DNA of 64,000 nt, from contig OX638351.1 of assembly GCA_951813565.1 (NCBI GenBank), forward strand, positions 576,001 to 640,000. Reading direction: 5' to 3'. The notes below the pieces were generated by a model. It ran no database searches. It saw only the letters and a list, made by a program, of their open reading frames with translations, and was not told where the DNA came from. The DNA comes from an uncultured Poribacteria bacterium. Lineage in GTDB: Bacteria > Poribacteria > WGA-4E > WGA-3G. Made by a program: the position numbers and the translations under genes. Numbering within the stretch: position 1 is the first letter of the stretch; each line of letters begins with the position of its first letter. Shown one piece after another: positions 1 through 9,815 of this stretch.

Positions 1-169
1 GTTACGTTTGAACTTTTGGGAAAACCTTATTAAGAAGTACGTGATTCACGGGTCTAAAGAAATCGGGCTTACAAAGCCCTCCAACAAGAGTCCGTTTAAT
101 TTTACAATATTGTCTATTTGTTGCTTATTTCATTATAAATACCGAAGCCGTTATTAGGAGGACAGAAAC

Positions 170-1048
170 ATGTCGGTTAACAAAAAGGAAAAAAATAAAA
201 CAAACCACCGTTTCTCACGCCGTGCCTTTATCAAAAGTTCTGTAGGACTGGCGACTGCCTCAGTCGCCGGTGGGGGATTGCTTCGGTCCGCGAAGGCACA
301 GTCCCAATTTGGGGAATATATCCCTTACGATTCTGCACGCGATTATCACTACAGTTCACGCTACGACAGGGGTGAAATCATTGAACACCATCATCCGGGA
401 ACAGAGTCGACAGGTGAAAAATTCACATTTGTTCGTCTCAAATATCCGGGTGGCGATTGGTGGACTAATCTTGTTAACGTTTATCGCTGGCAGTCGGACC
501 TAAAATTTACGCAAGTACTCGCCGAGTATACCGCAATTGATGTAGACCTGCGTAACCATCCACAATACGTTGACATTGACGATTCCTGGCTTTTTTCTTA
601 TCCGTTTCTCTATATGACAGGACACGGCAGAACTCCGCGCGGGCTACAACTTTCTGATGCACATGTGCGTAAGTTGAGAGAATACTTTGAACGCGGAGGT
701 TTTCTCCATGTTGAGGATTGCGACATCCGCTACAATCGGTTCTGGCCGCAAATCAAAACGATGATGAAACGAATATATCCCGAAAAGAAGTTTGAACGGC
801 TGGATATGAGCCATTCGATTTATCATACGCTCTACCCACATGACGATTATCTTGGTGGTGATAAACTTGTTCGGGGTTTTGATTATGATCAGGCTATCAT
901 GGATGATGACAAGGTGATGGTCTACTTCTGCCCCAGTGATTTAAATTGTGCGTGGGAAGGAAGAAGATGTAGTCCCGGTGGTGAGGAACAACGGCTTTGG
1001 GCGTTTGAGCAGGGCATGAATGTTGTGGCGTATGCCCTTACGCGATAA
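170..1048 (+). CDS. DUF4159 domain protein with Tat signal peptide
   Basis: SRRAFIK twin-arginine motif; F-x-F-VRLKY-GGDW, YPFLYMTGHG, LREYFERGGFL and G-x-N-VVAYALT match DUF4159; AGGAGG RBS. Confidence 0.8.
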   Translation: MSVNKKEKNKTNHRFSRRAFIKSSVGLATASVAGGGLLRSAKAQSQFGEYIPYDSARDYHYSSRYDRGEIIEHHHPGTESTGEKFTFVRLKYPGGDWWTNLVNVYRWQSDLKFTQVLAEYTAIDVDLRNHPQYVDIDDSWLFSYPFLYMTGHGRTPRGLQLSDAHVRKLREYFERGGFLHVEDCDIRYNRFWPQIKTMMKRIYPEKKFERLDMSHSIYHTLYPHDDYLGGDKLVRGFDYDQAIMDDDKVMVYFCPSDLNCAWEGRRCSPGGEEQRLWAFEQGMNVVAYALTR

Positions 1049-1069
1049 TTTGTAGTCAAATCTAAACAA

Positions 1070-1282
1070 ACGTGAGTTTGATAAATCCCGTAGGGAATCA
1101 ACACCGAATGCGCCTATGGCATTCGGTGAGGTAGAACGGAAATGGACAATAAAAACAGACCTTAAAGAGAGGTAGTTGAGCTATTTTAGGTCGATATTTC
1201 CGAAAAAATAAGTGAAATTCAACTCTTTAGGACTCTCAAGACGGTTGAATTGTTGGGTTTCGCTGCGCTCTATCCAACCTAC
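1070..1282. repeat. Composite MITE/REP repeat, near-identical to 62070..62274
   Basis: About 205 bp match to 62070-62274; starts with ACGTGAGTTTGATAA and ends in a REP (reverse complement GTAGGTTGGATAGAGCGCAGCGAAACCCAAC); right TIR not found in this copy. Confidence 0.85.
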
Positions 1283-1333
1283 GGTTATACTATAATTTTT
1301 TGAACTGTGCCTTTTTTATGTACGCTTACCTGT

Positions 1334-2554
1334 CTATGGAAGTTGTGCTAAAAGTTTTTCTCGGAAACGTTCATAAGCAAGGTTTGCCCCTGCAATGTTA
1401 CCTGAAGCGGGACCAATTTGAAGCTGCGCAACCGTGCCTGAACCCAACAGATTCTCGATTGGGTAGAATTGTAGGTTGATATCAAGTTTTGGAAGACCAC
1501 AAACAGGCGGGATAGGGTACTGCCTAATTAATTCCCTCAAAAACCCATAGCGGCGAAGGTTAAATTTATATCCTGTTGCAAGGATAATACGAGATATATC
1601 CGTAATCACACCGCGTGTCGTTTCAACTTGTAGTAAGCCTTGTGTCGAGACGATACTACAGATATGTGTCTCAGGACAGATACTGATGTTTGCACTATTC
1701 TCCAGTGTTTCCATCACGTCCGGGGTGATGCTGCCTTCACCTCTGTTTTCTTTAATTATTTGGTACCGCCGTTGTAAATCGGTCTCGCTTGCAAATTCTG
1801 CAAGTGCTTTGGGGCCTAACCAAATCGGTGGAAAATCGAACTGCTCTGTTTTTAACTGCTTCCTTGCAATTAGCACCACGTGATGTCCCCGTTCACTAAG
1901 GCTTCTTGCAAGCGTTCCTGCTGTCAATCCACCCCCAACTATCACAATTTTACCACTATCTTCTTGTCCTTGTTTGCAATTCACCGAAAATTGCGATGCG
2001 TGTACAATCCTGTCTGAATATCTGCGTTGCCATTCAGCAAACTCTGGTGGCACGTACGCACAATCTATCGCTCCGATAGCAAGAATAACACAACTACTCC
2101 GAAACCCTGCATTGTCAGTTGAAATCAAACGGAAAGGGTATTTTCCTGCACCTTTGTCCCACCGTAATTTAGCCACTTCAAACTGATAGTAGATAGGATA
2201 TTTTGTGAGTTCAGCAAGCGCACCATTGCAGAAATCCCAAAAAAGTTCGGTAGAAGGTTGAGAATATGGCGGTGCTAATTCATGCGTTCGGTTGTGGCGT
2301 TCAGCATATTCAACGATACCTAATGGATCGGGGGTAAGGTGATGCACTGCTGGGGATCGTAGAAACGTCATGCCTTGGCGTTCCGTTTTCAGCCGCCATT
2401 CAGTGAGCGGTTGTGGATGCCGATCTACGATTGCAATGTGTCTCGCTGCTGTTGGCACGTCGCGTAGCAGTCGGAGGGCTATAGAGATGCCGTGAATGCC
2501 GCCACCGACGATGGTAATCGGGATGTTTCGGTGTGCTAAATTTTTCATATTCAC
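1334..2554 (-). CDS. FAD/NAD(P)-binding oxidoreductase (lysine/ornithine N-monooxygenase-like)
   Basis: Two Rossmann motifs IVGGGIHG and IVGGGLTA, LRSP motif, ILATGY. Confidence 0.75.
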   Translation of the reverse strand: MNMKNLAHRNIPITIVGGGIHGISIALRLLRDVPTAARHIAIVDRHPQPLTEWRLKTERQGMTFLRSPAVHHLTPDPLGIVEYAERHNRTHELAPPYSQPSTELFWDFCNGALAELTKYPIYYQFEVAKLRWDKGAGKYPFRLISTDNAGFRSSCVILAIGAIDCAYVPPEFAEWQRRYSDRIVHASQFSVNCKQGQEDSGKIVIVGGGLTAGTLARSLSERGHHVVLIARKQLKTEQFDFPPIWLGPKALAEFASETDLQRRYQIIKENRGEGSITPDVMETLENSANISICPETHICSIVSTQGLLQVETTRGVITDISRIILATGYKFNLRRYGFLRELIRQYPIPPVCGLPKLDINLQFYPIENLLGSGTVAQLQIGPASGNIAGANLAYERFREKLLAQLP

Positions 2555-2565
2555 ACCACAAAGAC

Positions 2566-3552
2566 TTAATCTGTAAATGGTCCGGGCAGGTGAACGCTTT
2601 TTAGCGCAAAGGTCTGTGTTTGAAATGTATCGGTAGCGCGATAACGACTGAATCTATACTGGACAACCCCAACTGATGGTGCTATCCAATAAACTGCAGG
2701 CGGGCTTATTAGGCGAATTGACGGATCATCGCTGACGCCGTAAACGACCTCCTCGTAAACAACATAAGTATTGTAACTCCCTGCGGGTACGGTGACTTGT
2801 ACGTCCTTTTCTGCGACAAAGCGGGTAGCAGATACTGGTATTCCTGCGGTTTTTTCAAAAACAACCCATTCCTTTCCGACTTCTAACGGAAAATCCCATA
2901 GACGACGTGGCGGAAAATGTTTTTGGTGAAATACCGGATTTTGAGCCGAAAGAAAGGCATCATACGCGGATTCTACCAACGCTTGCGGGGTTTTTGTAAA
3001 GTAGGTTGCCAAAATCGGGGGAGTTCCGGGATAAAAATCGGTCTCAAAGAATCTAAAGTAATATGCGTTTGCTGCCAGGTGGTCAAATATAAAGAAATTG
3101 TCTTCTTCAGGTTCGACAAGGCTGATTTCGCTGATGGCCATCTGCCGATGTGTTGTTCCGCTGATGTCGCGTGTGCCTCTAACGCGGAGCGTGAATTCCT
3201 GTTCGGTATCAACGTTGATGTATGTCCATGCCGATCCTGTATCTGTTGGGAAATCAATAGCCCGTAACGTCCCAGTTGTATCGGGAGGTGGTAGTTTGGT
3301 CTCACCGTGTGGATCAATAAGACCCTCATCACCACAACTACAGAGAAGTAGTAAGAAAAGGACAATCGGAATAGCAGCCATCCATCGGAAACCATCGGTT
3401 TTCAGCAGTTGGCTGTTGGAAAAAGAGGTTTTCTGTTTATGCGACTCTTCTTTTTGATTATTGACGACTGTAGATTGTCGGTTAGTCCTACAGATAGTCC
3501 CATCTACTGATTGCTGATTACTGGTTACTGATTGCTGATTACTCTTCATCAT
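2566..3552 (-). CDS. Hypothetical lipoprotein; N-terminus overlaps a heptamer repeat (alternative start 3381)
   Basis: Lipobox LLCSC; V-T-VPAGSY and YWIAPSVGVV beta-rich motifs; start overlaps the upstream stop (ATGATGA). Confidence 0.6.
   Translation of the reverse strand: MMKSNQQSVTSNQQSVDGTICRTNRQSTVVNNQKEESHKQKTSFSNSQLLKTDGFRWMAAIPIVLFLLLLCSCGDEGLIDPHGETKLPPPDTTGTLRAIDFPTDTGSAWTYINVDTEQEFTLRVRGTRDISGTTHRQMAISEISLVEPEEDNFFIFDHLAANAYYFRFFETDFYPGTPPILATYFTKTPQALVESAYDAFLSAQNPVFHQKHFPPRRLWDFPLEVGKEWVVFEKTAGIPVSATRFVAEKDVQVTVPAGSYNTYVVYEEVVYGVSDDPSIRLISPPAVYWIAPSVGVVQYRFSRYRATDTFQTQTFALKSVHLPGPFTD
3395..3545. repeat. Degenerate heptameric tandem repeats (CTGATTG/CTGATTA/CTGGTTA)
   Basis: actgattgctgattactggttactgattgctgattact at ~3506-3543, with opposite-orientation degenerate units at ~3395-3420. 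Confidence 0.6.
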
Positions 3553-6149
3553 TTCACCACAGAGAATTTCCCAGTACTTTGGAACCCGTTTCCATCAGTA
3601 GCACGGAAAAAGTATAGGCCGGCACAAACTTTTTCGCCGCGTTGGTTTGTGCAATCCCAATTGGATGCATTATTAATTACCTTAATTCGATTCCCCAATA
3701 TATCGTAAATTTCAACTTTTAATCCTCTTGGATAAAAGGTTAGATGTTGGCTTCCTTGTGCTGCACGAAGCGGGTTAGGTGAAACCGATACGTTTCGATT
3801 TGTGTTATTCGCAACATAGTTGAAGATTCGCCCTTGCCAAATTTGATTTCCTGTTATACCAGTAGGTGTTTGTCCGCTAATTTTATAGAGATAGATGCCT
3901 GTCAATGGAAATCCGTTTGTGCGCAAGGTTCCGCGCCATTTTGTCTCTGATTCTTGCGTCAAAATGACGGTATAGTTGTCTCTGTTAGGACTTTCTACCA
4001 ACAACTGTGGCGCACTTTGCAGCGGGCGTGTGCTTTGGACTTCAACATGCCATTCACCTGTGTGATGTGGTTGTGTAGTAATGAAGAATGCAGGTGCCTC
4101 GTTTGCTGTATCTGTGATCGGTGTAATACTATCTGGCACAATGCTTGGATTTCCCATAATGCCTATCGCGTTGACAGGCACAACCGCATAGTAATAATGA
4201 ACATCATTTGGATCAGTATCCAGATCAATATCTTGGAAGACGGTGGTATCTTCAAACTGTGTTTGCGTAACGTCTACTCGTCCAACGATTGCGATATCGT
4301 TTTCAGGGATACCGTTACCGTCGCTGTCGCGAGCAGCGAGGACTGCATCAGAATTTTGAAAAGGTTGGGGCACATCCGTTTCACTTTCCAGTTCATAGCG
4401 TTTTCTCACGATTACGACTTCCCGAATATCGGTCGGGTTGTCAAACGTCCATTTGATAACGGGGCCTCTGATGCCTTGCGAGACTTGAGCATTTGAGAGT
4501 TGCCCCTTCGGTGGTGCACCAGCCATATAACTCACGGAACCGCCAAAAGTACCACCAGGAATTATAACCTGTTCAACATCGGGATGCATATTGATAAGAA
4601 TGAGTGTAATTTCCTGTATATCCCCACCGAAATCTGAGAACGTCATCTGCGCTTCTTGGGAACGTTGGTAGGTAAACGCTTCTCTTATCTCGGTGCTACC
4701 ATTCCGTTTTTTGACGATAAATTTGGCAGCCCATCCACGCAGCCCTATAAATGTGTGCCGATTCAGTTCTGCCTGAATTCTTGTTTGGTCGGTTTGTGTT
4801 AAGTTACGCATATCTATCGGTGCAAGGTCTGCGCCATCTATTTTGACAGCGAATTCTGGCATAATCTCAGTGGGACGAAAGACAATATACCGACAAGAAA
4901 AATGTTCTGGCATTGCTTCTGAATTGAAATCAGCACGAATCGGATAGTGGGTGTGGACATCGTTAGGATGAATGGCAACAGGGGGAAATCGATCCGCGTT
5001 CCTATAACCCGGAAGTTCGCTGTTTGTATAGGCGCGGGTATGTGTGAAATAGTTCCATACTGTGAAGGTTTTGAATGCTTCTGCAAGCGTAGTGCCATTA
5101 TCAATAAAAACGTCGTAGAAGTTGCCCATTTCACGATAGCTACCATCCGTGGCGTTTACAAAAAATTGCCGGATGATGTCGTAACCAAACCTTTGTGCCA
5201 TATACAGGGACCATATTACCGAACCGTACTCGTGATCCCCGATGCGGCTCTCAAGTGAAATATCTGGAATAAGAAACCAGCGGCGGAGTTGGTGGATGTA
5301 GTAGTTGTAGGAATTAGTTTCGTTGAGTTCGTCAGGGTCGTGGAGCGTATCGCCATCGTCAATAACACCGCCATCGTAGGTCATCACCTCTATCCACGTT
5401 GCGGATGCTTCCATGAACCATGTCGGCATATAGGCGTTATAACCGAATTGAATTCCGTGCAGGAATTCATGTGCGCAAGTTGTTTCAAGATAACGGATAC
5501 CTTCTGCTTTTCCAACATAATCGTAAATACGGGAGTTGATCATGAAGTAGGGGGCAACTGTCAATGCAGTGGATAATACGCGACCTTCAAACCAGTCTGC
5601 AGTTGTGATACCAAGTGCGGGGAATGTAAAGAGATATACATCCATTTTATGGTTGCCACCGTTCTGTGCCGCCCAAAAATCAATGTAAGGCTTTTTGAAT
5701 CCCATCAGGTCAATTTGAACGTGATAAGAGCGTTCCATTGCATCCGCACAGAGGTCAATATAATCGGGTACACCGTTGCGTGGGTGAAAATCCTCAAGCG
5801 GAGGTGCATGCGGTCCGATGCGCGTGTAGTGGAGCCTAAAGTGTGGCGTATTGAAATGTTCTGATAATTCAATATCCCCGAAAAAACTACCGGGGAGTCC
5901 AGGACGTAAAAAAATGGGCTTAAGTTCCTGCCGATATTTTGAAGGTAAGTTTTGCCAATTTTTTGCGAGCGTTACAAAACTATCGGTTGCGCATTCCGTT
6001 ATTTCGTTTGGAGTGTACCTCGATTTGAGATGGGTAAATTTACGAGCGGTTTGGATTGCATTTTGGAGTTCTGCATCTGGGGGGAGTGCATTTGCGACAG
6101 ATAGAAATGACACAAAGAATAGGAAAATTGGAATATAGAATGATTTCAT
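3549..6149 (-). CDS. Secreted zinc metalloprotease (MXAN_6640/DUF6055-like) with C-terminal FlgD/T9SS-CTD-like Ig domain
   Basis: Signal peptide MKSFYIPIFLFFVSFLSVANA (start 6149, not 6287); HEFLH-x-IQFGY and WFMEASATW; C-terminus SPNP...VEIYDILG...WD..N..G..V.AGLYF. Confidence 0.75.
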   Translation of the reverse strand: MKSFYIPIFLFFVSFLSVANALPPDAELQNAIQTARKFTHLKSRYTPNEITECATDSFVTLAKNWQNLPSKYRQELKPIFLRPGLPGSFFGDIELSEHFNTPHFRLHYTRIGPHAPPLEDFHPRNGVPDYIDLCADAMERSYHVQIDLMGFKKPYIDFWAAQNGGNHKMDVYLFTFPALGITTADWFEGRVLSTALTVAPYFMINSRIYDYVGKAEGIRYLETTCAHEFLHGIQFGYNAYMPTWFMEASATWIEVMTYDGGVIDDGDTLHDPDELNETNSYNYYIHQLRRWFLIPDISLESRIGDHEYGSVIWSLYMAQRFGYDIIRQFFVNATDGSYREMGNFYDVFIDNGTTLAEAFKTFTVWNYFTHTRAYTNSELPGYRNADRFPPVAIHPNDVHTHYPIRADFNSEAMPEHFSCRYIVFRPTEIMPEFAVKIDGADLAPIDMRNLTQTDQTRIQAELNRHTFIGLRGWAAKFIVKKRNGSTEIREAFTYQRSQEAQMTFSDFGGDIQEITLILINMHPDVEQVIIPGGTFGGSVSYMAGAPPKGQLSNAQVSQGIRGPVIKWTFDNPTDIREVVIVRKRYELESETDVPQPFQNSDAVLAARDSDGNGIPENDIAIVGRVDVTQTQFEDTTVFQDIDLDTDPNDVHYYYAVVPVNAIGIMGNPSIVPDSITPITDTANEAPAFFITTQPHHTGEWHVEVQSTRPLQSAPQLLVESPNRDNYTVILTQESETKWRGTLRTNGFPLTGIYLYKISGQTPTGITGNQIWQGRIFNYVANNTNRNVSVSPNPLRAAQGSQHLTFYPRGLKVEIYDILGNRIKVINNASNWDCTNQRGEKVCAGLYFFRATDGNGFQSTGKFSVVK

Positions 6150-6277
6150 TTTGGTAATGTGGTATGTGTTAATTATTTTCGAATTTAGTAGTTTGACTCG
6201 GTTATTCCGGAAAATCGCGCATGAATTTAACCGTGCGCGATTGTTTATGTAGTTACTGTGTGGGGGATCAACGTGTT

Positions 6278-7051
6278 TCAAAGGCACATGTCAATATAAC
6301 TTAATATGTTTGCATAATTTTCATTTATGCCTATGAAATATTCATTGCATACATGACTGAAACGTTGTAACACACTGGCACTTGGCTTTTTTCTACCTTC
6401 AAATATTCCTAACGGACGATATTCAACCCCCAATGCGTTGAACTGATGCAGAGCAATCGTTACATCGCGAGTCTTGTTATCATTGTTAAGGGCATACGCA
6501 AAAATGGGATCTTTGTCGTCACAAGCAATTTTGCAATCTACTTTATAAATGGCTTTATTATCATGGTCTAAATCATACCAATCAAAGAATACATTATCAG
6601 GGTCAACGTTATCAAGCATGAGGCTGCGGAAATTTTGCACAAATGGAGATTTTGTTTGAACTTTAGACAAGTAAGATATATCTGTTATCTTCAGAATAGA
6701 CTGGACAAAATCATAAAAGGCATCGCCGAAGTTTCTATCTGATACATCTAACCTTAATTCCCCATTACGATTCTCTATATCAAACATAGTTAGGGCATTT
6801 CCAATAATTTGATTTCGAGTTCCTTTAAAAAGAAGTTTTTCATCTATTTCATAACTCATGTGTCTGAAGGTATGTCTTTCGTCTGACAGTACCCACCTGT
6901 CAGCATCTTTTTTTAGTACTATTACCAACTGATCGCCGTCATCAAACTGAAAAGGTGATAAAACGCGGTAGCGATCTTCTCCTTCTTCTACTAATCTTAT
7001 TTTAGCCCCTACCTCTGTGATAAATTTATGTTCGATATTTTTAATTGTCAT
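6278..7051 (-). CDS. DUF1828 domain protein
   Basis: PFQFDDGDQLVIVL...WVLSD..T N-terminal motif; AT-rich; GAGG RBS. Confidence 0.7.
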   Translation of the reverse strand: MTIKNIEHKFITEVGAKIRLVEEGEDRYRVLSPFQFDDGDQLVIVLKKDADRWVLSDERHTFRHMSYEIDEKLLFKGTRNQIIGNALTMFDIENRNGELRLDVSDRNFGDAFYDFVQSILKITDISYLSKVQTKSPFVQNFRSLMLDNVDPDNVFFDWYDLDHDNKAIYKVDCKIACDDKDPIFAYALNNDNKTRDVTIALHQFNALGVEYRPLGIFEGRKKPSASVLQRFSHVCNEYFIGINENYANILSYIDMCL

Positions 7052-7063
7052 TGTTAATACCTC

Positions 7064-7515
7064 CTAAAATAAATTTAACTGTGTATTTTGAGGCATCACA
7101 AAATTTGCATCAGCGATAAGGCAGTCAACAGTCCCTTCTACATCGGTATAGCGTTTCGTTTCCACTGCGTAAGCATCCTCTTTTTGTCCTCTTTCCTGAT
7201 ACCGCTCTGTCGCTTCGTGAATATGAAACCCTGATACCTCATTGCGTTCAATCCTATTAGTGTGAGGATTAGTCTTCCCGTTATATCGACGGATGCGGAA
7301 TACTCTCGTAGTTAACAGGTGAATTACTCCCAATATAACAGAAAAGTTAATGGATTATATTTATCTTGTCTAACATATATTCTGAAGTGGTTTCCTTTAT
7401 CACCCCTAATATCCAGATGATTTAGAGTGTATATTTGAGTGTTCCAATCTTGAGGTAAAGGTTTGCGCTCATTTATCAATGCATTTATTTCTTCATCTGT
7501 GTATATAATTGCCAT
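7064..7515 (-). pseudogene. Frameshifted DUF6978-like partner gene of DUF1828
   Basis: ORFs 7324-7533 and 7064-7333 join by one inserted base near 7350 (NPL-x-FSVILGVIH); RYNGK..HTN..E...FHIH.ATERY motif. Confidence 0.6.
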
Positions 7516-7894
7516 AGTTAATGTCGCTACCAATAGACTTAGTGTTCTTTTTTCTTATGTGATAAACATATTAATATAGGCATTGTTACTTTTGCTATTA
7601 TATCTACCTGCCTAAAGAAATTCAAAGAAAATAAGAGAGATGGTTGTGTATAGTTTTTGTCATTGTAGGTAGCGTTTTGCACGTCCTAGTGACGTGCAAA
7701 TGTCAATCGGTACAAGGAATGTGACGTGATTTTAGTTTTTTATGTTCTTTTTGTTCTGTGGACAATTTGGATATATTTACGTCAATGTTTTGTAATAGTT
7801 ACTATAACACAAAATAATATGTTTGTCAAGAAAAATTTCTAAAGGTGATTAGTGACAATAACTTTACACTCAGGAGAGATTTAGGACAGGCATC

Positions 7895-8434
7895 CTAAGC
7901 GAAATGAGTAGGTTTGCCGTCAAGACTGACGCTGTTCTTTTCTTCCCAATATGCCTTCAAACCTTTTTTGCCTTTCTTTGTTGCCCATGTATTTAACTGC
8001 TCTCTTTCACCGACGTAGTCGTAAAGTGGTACAGCCATCCCACACGAGGTTTGAACGAGGTCGACGTTAAGATCAAAGATTTGCCTTGCACCAGGAATTG
8101 AAGGGAATAATGGAAAGAGAAGTTGCCATTCCGTATCGTCATTATGGATAGCCTTGGTGGTGCCGTAGAGTCGGAGGATCATAGGGTTATCCTCAAATGC
8201 GGTAAACATAAGCGTCATCCGCGGGTTTTCTTGAACGTGTGCTGCGGTTTCATTTCCACTTCCAGTCACGTTTAGCCAAGCGACGCGGTTCGGATTGACG
8301 ACGCGCAAGGAGTCCATGCCCTTCGGGGATAGATTGATTCTACTATCGGCTGTTGCCGTTGCAACAAAAAATATTTTTTGGTTTTCTATGAATTGCTGTA
8401 ATTTGGGTGAGATTCTTTTGTATAGTTTTGACAT
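7895..8434 (-). CDS. Pyridoxamine 5'-phosphate oxidase family FMN-binding protein
   Basis: FFVATA..INLSPKG, TGSGNETAAH, VQTSCG.AVP motifs. Confidence 0.85.
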   Translation of the reverse strand: MSKLYKRISPKLQQFIENQKIFFVATATADSRINLSPKGMDSLRVVNPNRVAWLNVTGSGNETAAHVQENPRMTLMFTAFEDNPMILRLYGTTKAIHNDDTEWQLLFPLFPSIPGARQIFDLNVDLVQTSCGMAVPLYDYVGEREQLNTWATKKGKKGLKAYWEEKNSVSLDGKPTHFA

Positions 8435-8559
8435 TGTATTGATTATTCCCAAAAACAATTTTTGTTCTTACTTTTTAAGACTATAGTTTGGACAATTCTT
8501 GTCTCGTGGAAGGTTGAATTTTAACGGAAAATCTATTTTTGGACGAGTTTCACATATCA

Positions 8560-8720
8560 GTGGAACATCGCGAAAATGCCGCACGCCAGCGGAGTGCTAT
8601 GTGAAATGAACCCACATACCGCACCCGCCAAATGCCTTGCGCGCATTTGGCGTTGATTCACGGAGCGGGGTGCTGCGTCCGATAGCTACTATAAACATAT
8701 TGCTCCTACGGAGCAAAGGT
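8560..8720. repeat. REP-like intergenic element with nested AATCA-hairpin
   Basis: Hairpins gcacgccagcggagtgc and ttgctcctacggagcaa; insert cgccaaatgccttgcgcgcatttggcgttgatt at 8626-8658. Confidence 0.55.
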
Positions 8721-8837
8721 ATTGTTTTGGTTTTCATGTCCGGTTTCCATGTCAAGATGAACAAAAACGAAACACAACATTCAAAATTGAATGCTTTTAT
8801 CAAACTCATGTTAGGGTTAATAAATTGAAGTCAGCAT

Positions 8838-9815
8838 TTAGAATGGAAGCGGAATGCCAACTCGTTCAGCAACTGCTTTTAGCTGTTCCTGATGTGCTTC
8901 GCCAATCGGGATGCCGATTTCAGCCCATTCTCGTTCGCGCTCCCATTCTAAGCCTCCGGGGAGATCCGATCGGTCATAACCCGGTGCCGGTTGCATCTGT
9001 CGTGCATCATGGATATGTTGGTCAATTTCCGCTTTATACTCGTCAATCGGTCGGAACCGAGAAATGTCAATTGCTGCAATGAAAGCGCCTTGATTGGCGC
9101 CTTCCCAGATTGATGGGGGATCCGGTGGTTTATCAAATAGCCAGATGCCTGCCATAAACCCACCGAGTGCATGACTCACATGACTCAATCCTAACATCTT
9201 GAAGAACGCAGCGGGGCTCTGTTCAAACGCCTGTTCCAACGGCAGCCTTGCATCAATACCGGTTGCCATATCAACAACTATGGGCGGCTGGTTGCCTGCC
9301 GGAATCGCAAAACTCATCGGCGAAGCGCCAGTTGCGGTGGCAATCATACCGCCAGGACTGTGTCTAAAACGGTGGCAAGAGACCGCAAACCCAGCGCAAT
9401 CCACTTCAAGCGCGAGCCGTGAATACTTGCCAGCGCTCCCAAAATGGAAGTGATTCCGACTCGTTGCGGCACCCAGTCCCATCTCTTTGGCTTTTTTGAC
9501 CGCTGCCTTTGCAGCATGATACGAGGCAAAATGCCCCATACCGCCATCACCGTCGTAGACCGCGGTTGTCGGGGATTCATCAATGCAGCGGATGTTTGGA
9601 CATGGGTTTACTTTGCCATCAAGCATCATCCCCACATATCCCGGCGTTTGGCGCGTGCCATGACTGAACACGCCACGCAGATCAGTGAGAACTAACAGGT
9701 GTGCGATGTGCGCAGCATCCTCCTCAGATACCCCTGCCTTCTGGAAAACTTCACTGATGAAGCCTTGCATTGTCCCTGGCATAACGCGTATAAATTCTTT
9801 TGGTACTACATTCAT
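8838..9815 (-). CDS. Ldh_2 family (malate/L-lactate/L-sulfolactate-type) oxidoreductase
   Basis: DLRGVFSHG, DGDGGMGH, NHFHFG, VVDMAT, LPGGLE motifs; ATGA overlap with upstream stop. Confidence 0.85.
   Translation of the reverse strand: MNVVPKEFIRVMPGTMQGFISEVFQKAGVSEEDAAHIAHLLVLTDLRGVFSHGTRQTPGYVGMMLDGKVNPCPNIRCIDESPTTAVYDGDGGMGHFASYHAAKAAVKKAKEMGLGAATSRNHFHFGSAGKYSRLALEVDCAGFAVSCHRFRHSPGGMIATATGASPMSFAIPAGNQPPIVVDMATGIDARLPLEQAFEQSPAAFFKMLGLSHVSHALGGFMAGIWLFDKPPDPPSIWEGANQGAFIAAIDISRFRPIDEYKAEIDQHIHDARQMQPAPGYDRSDLPGGLEWEREREWAEIGIPIGEAHQEQLKAVAERVGIPLPF

Noticed and set aside
8597..8828. Short ORFs over repeat elements (also 922-1104, 34333-34581, 62283-62558)
   Set aside because: They are translations of REP/MITE sequence; 922-1104 and the 62104 extension share the same repeat-derived peptide.
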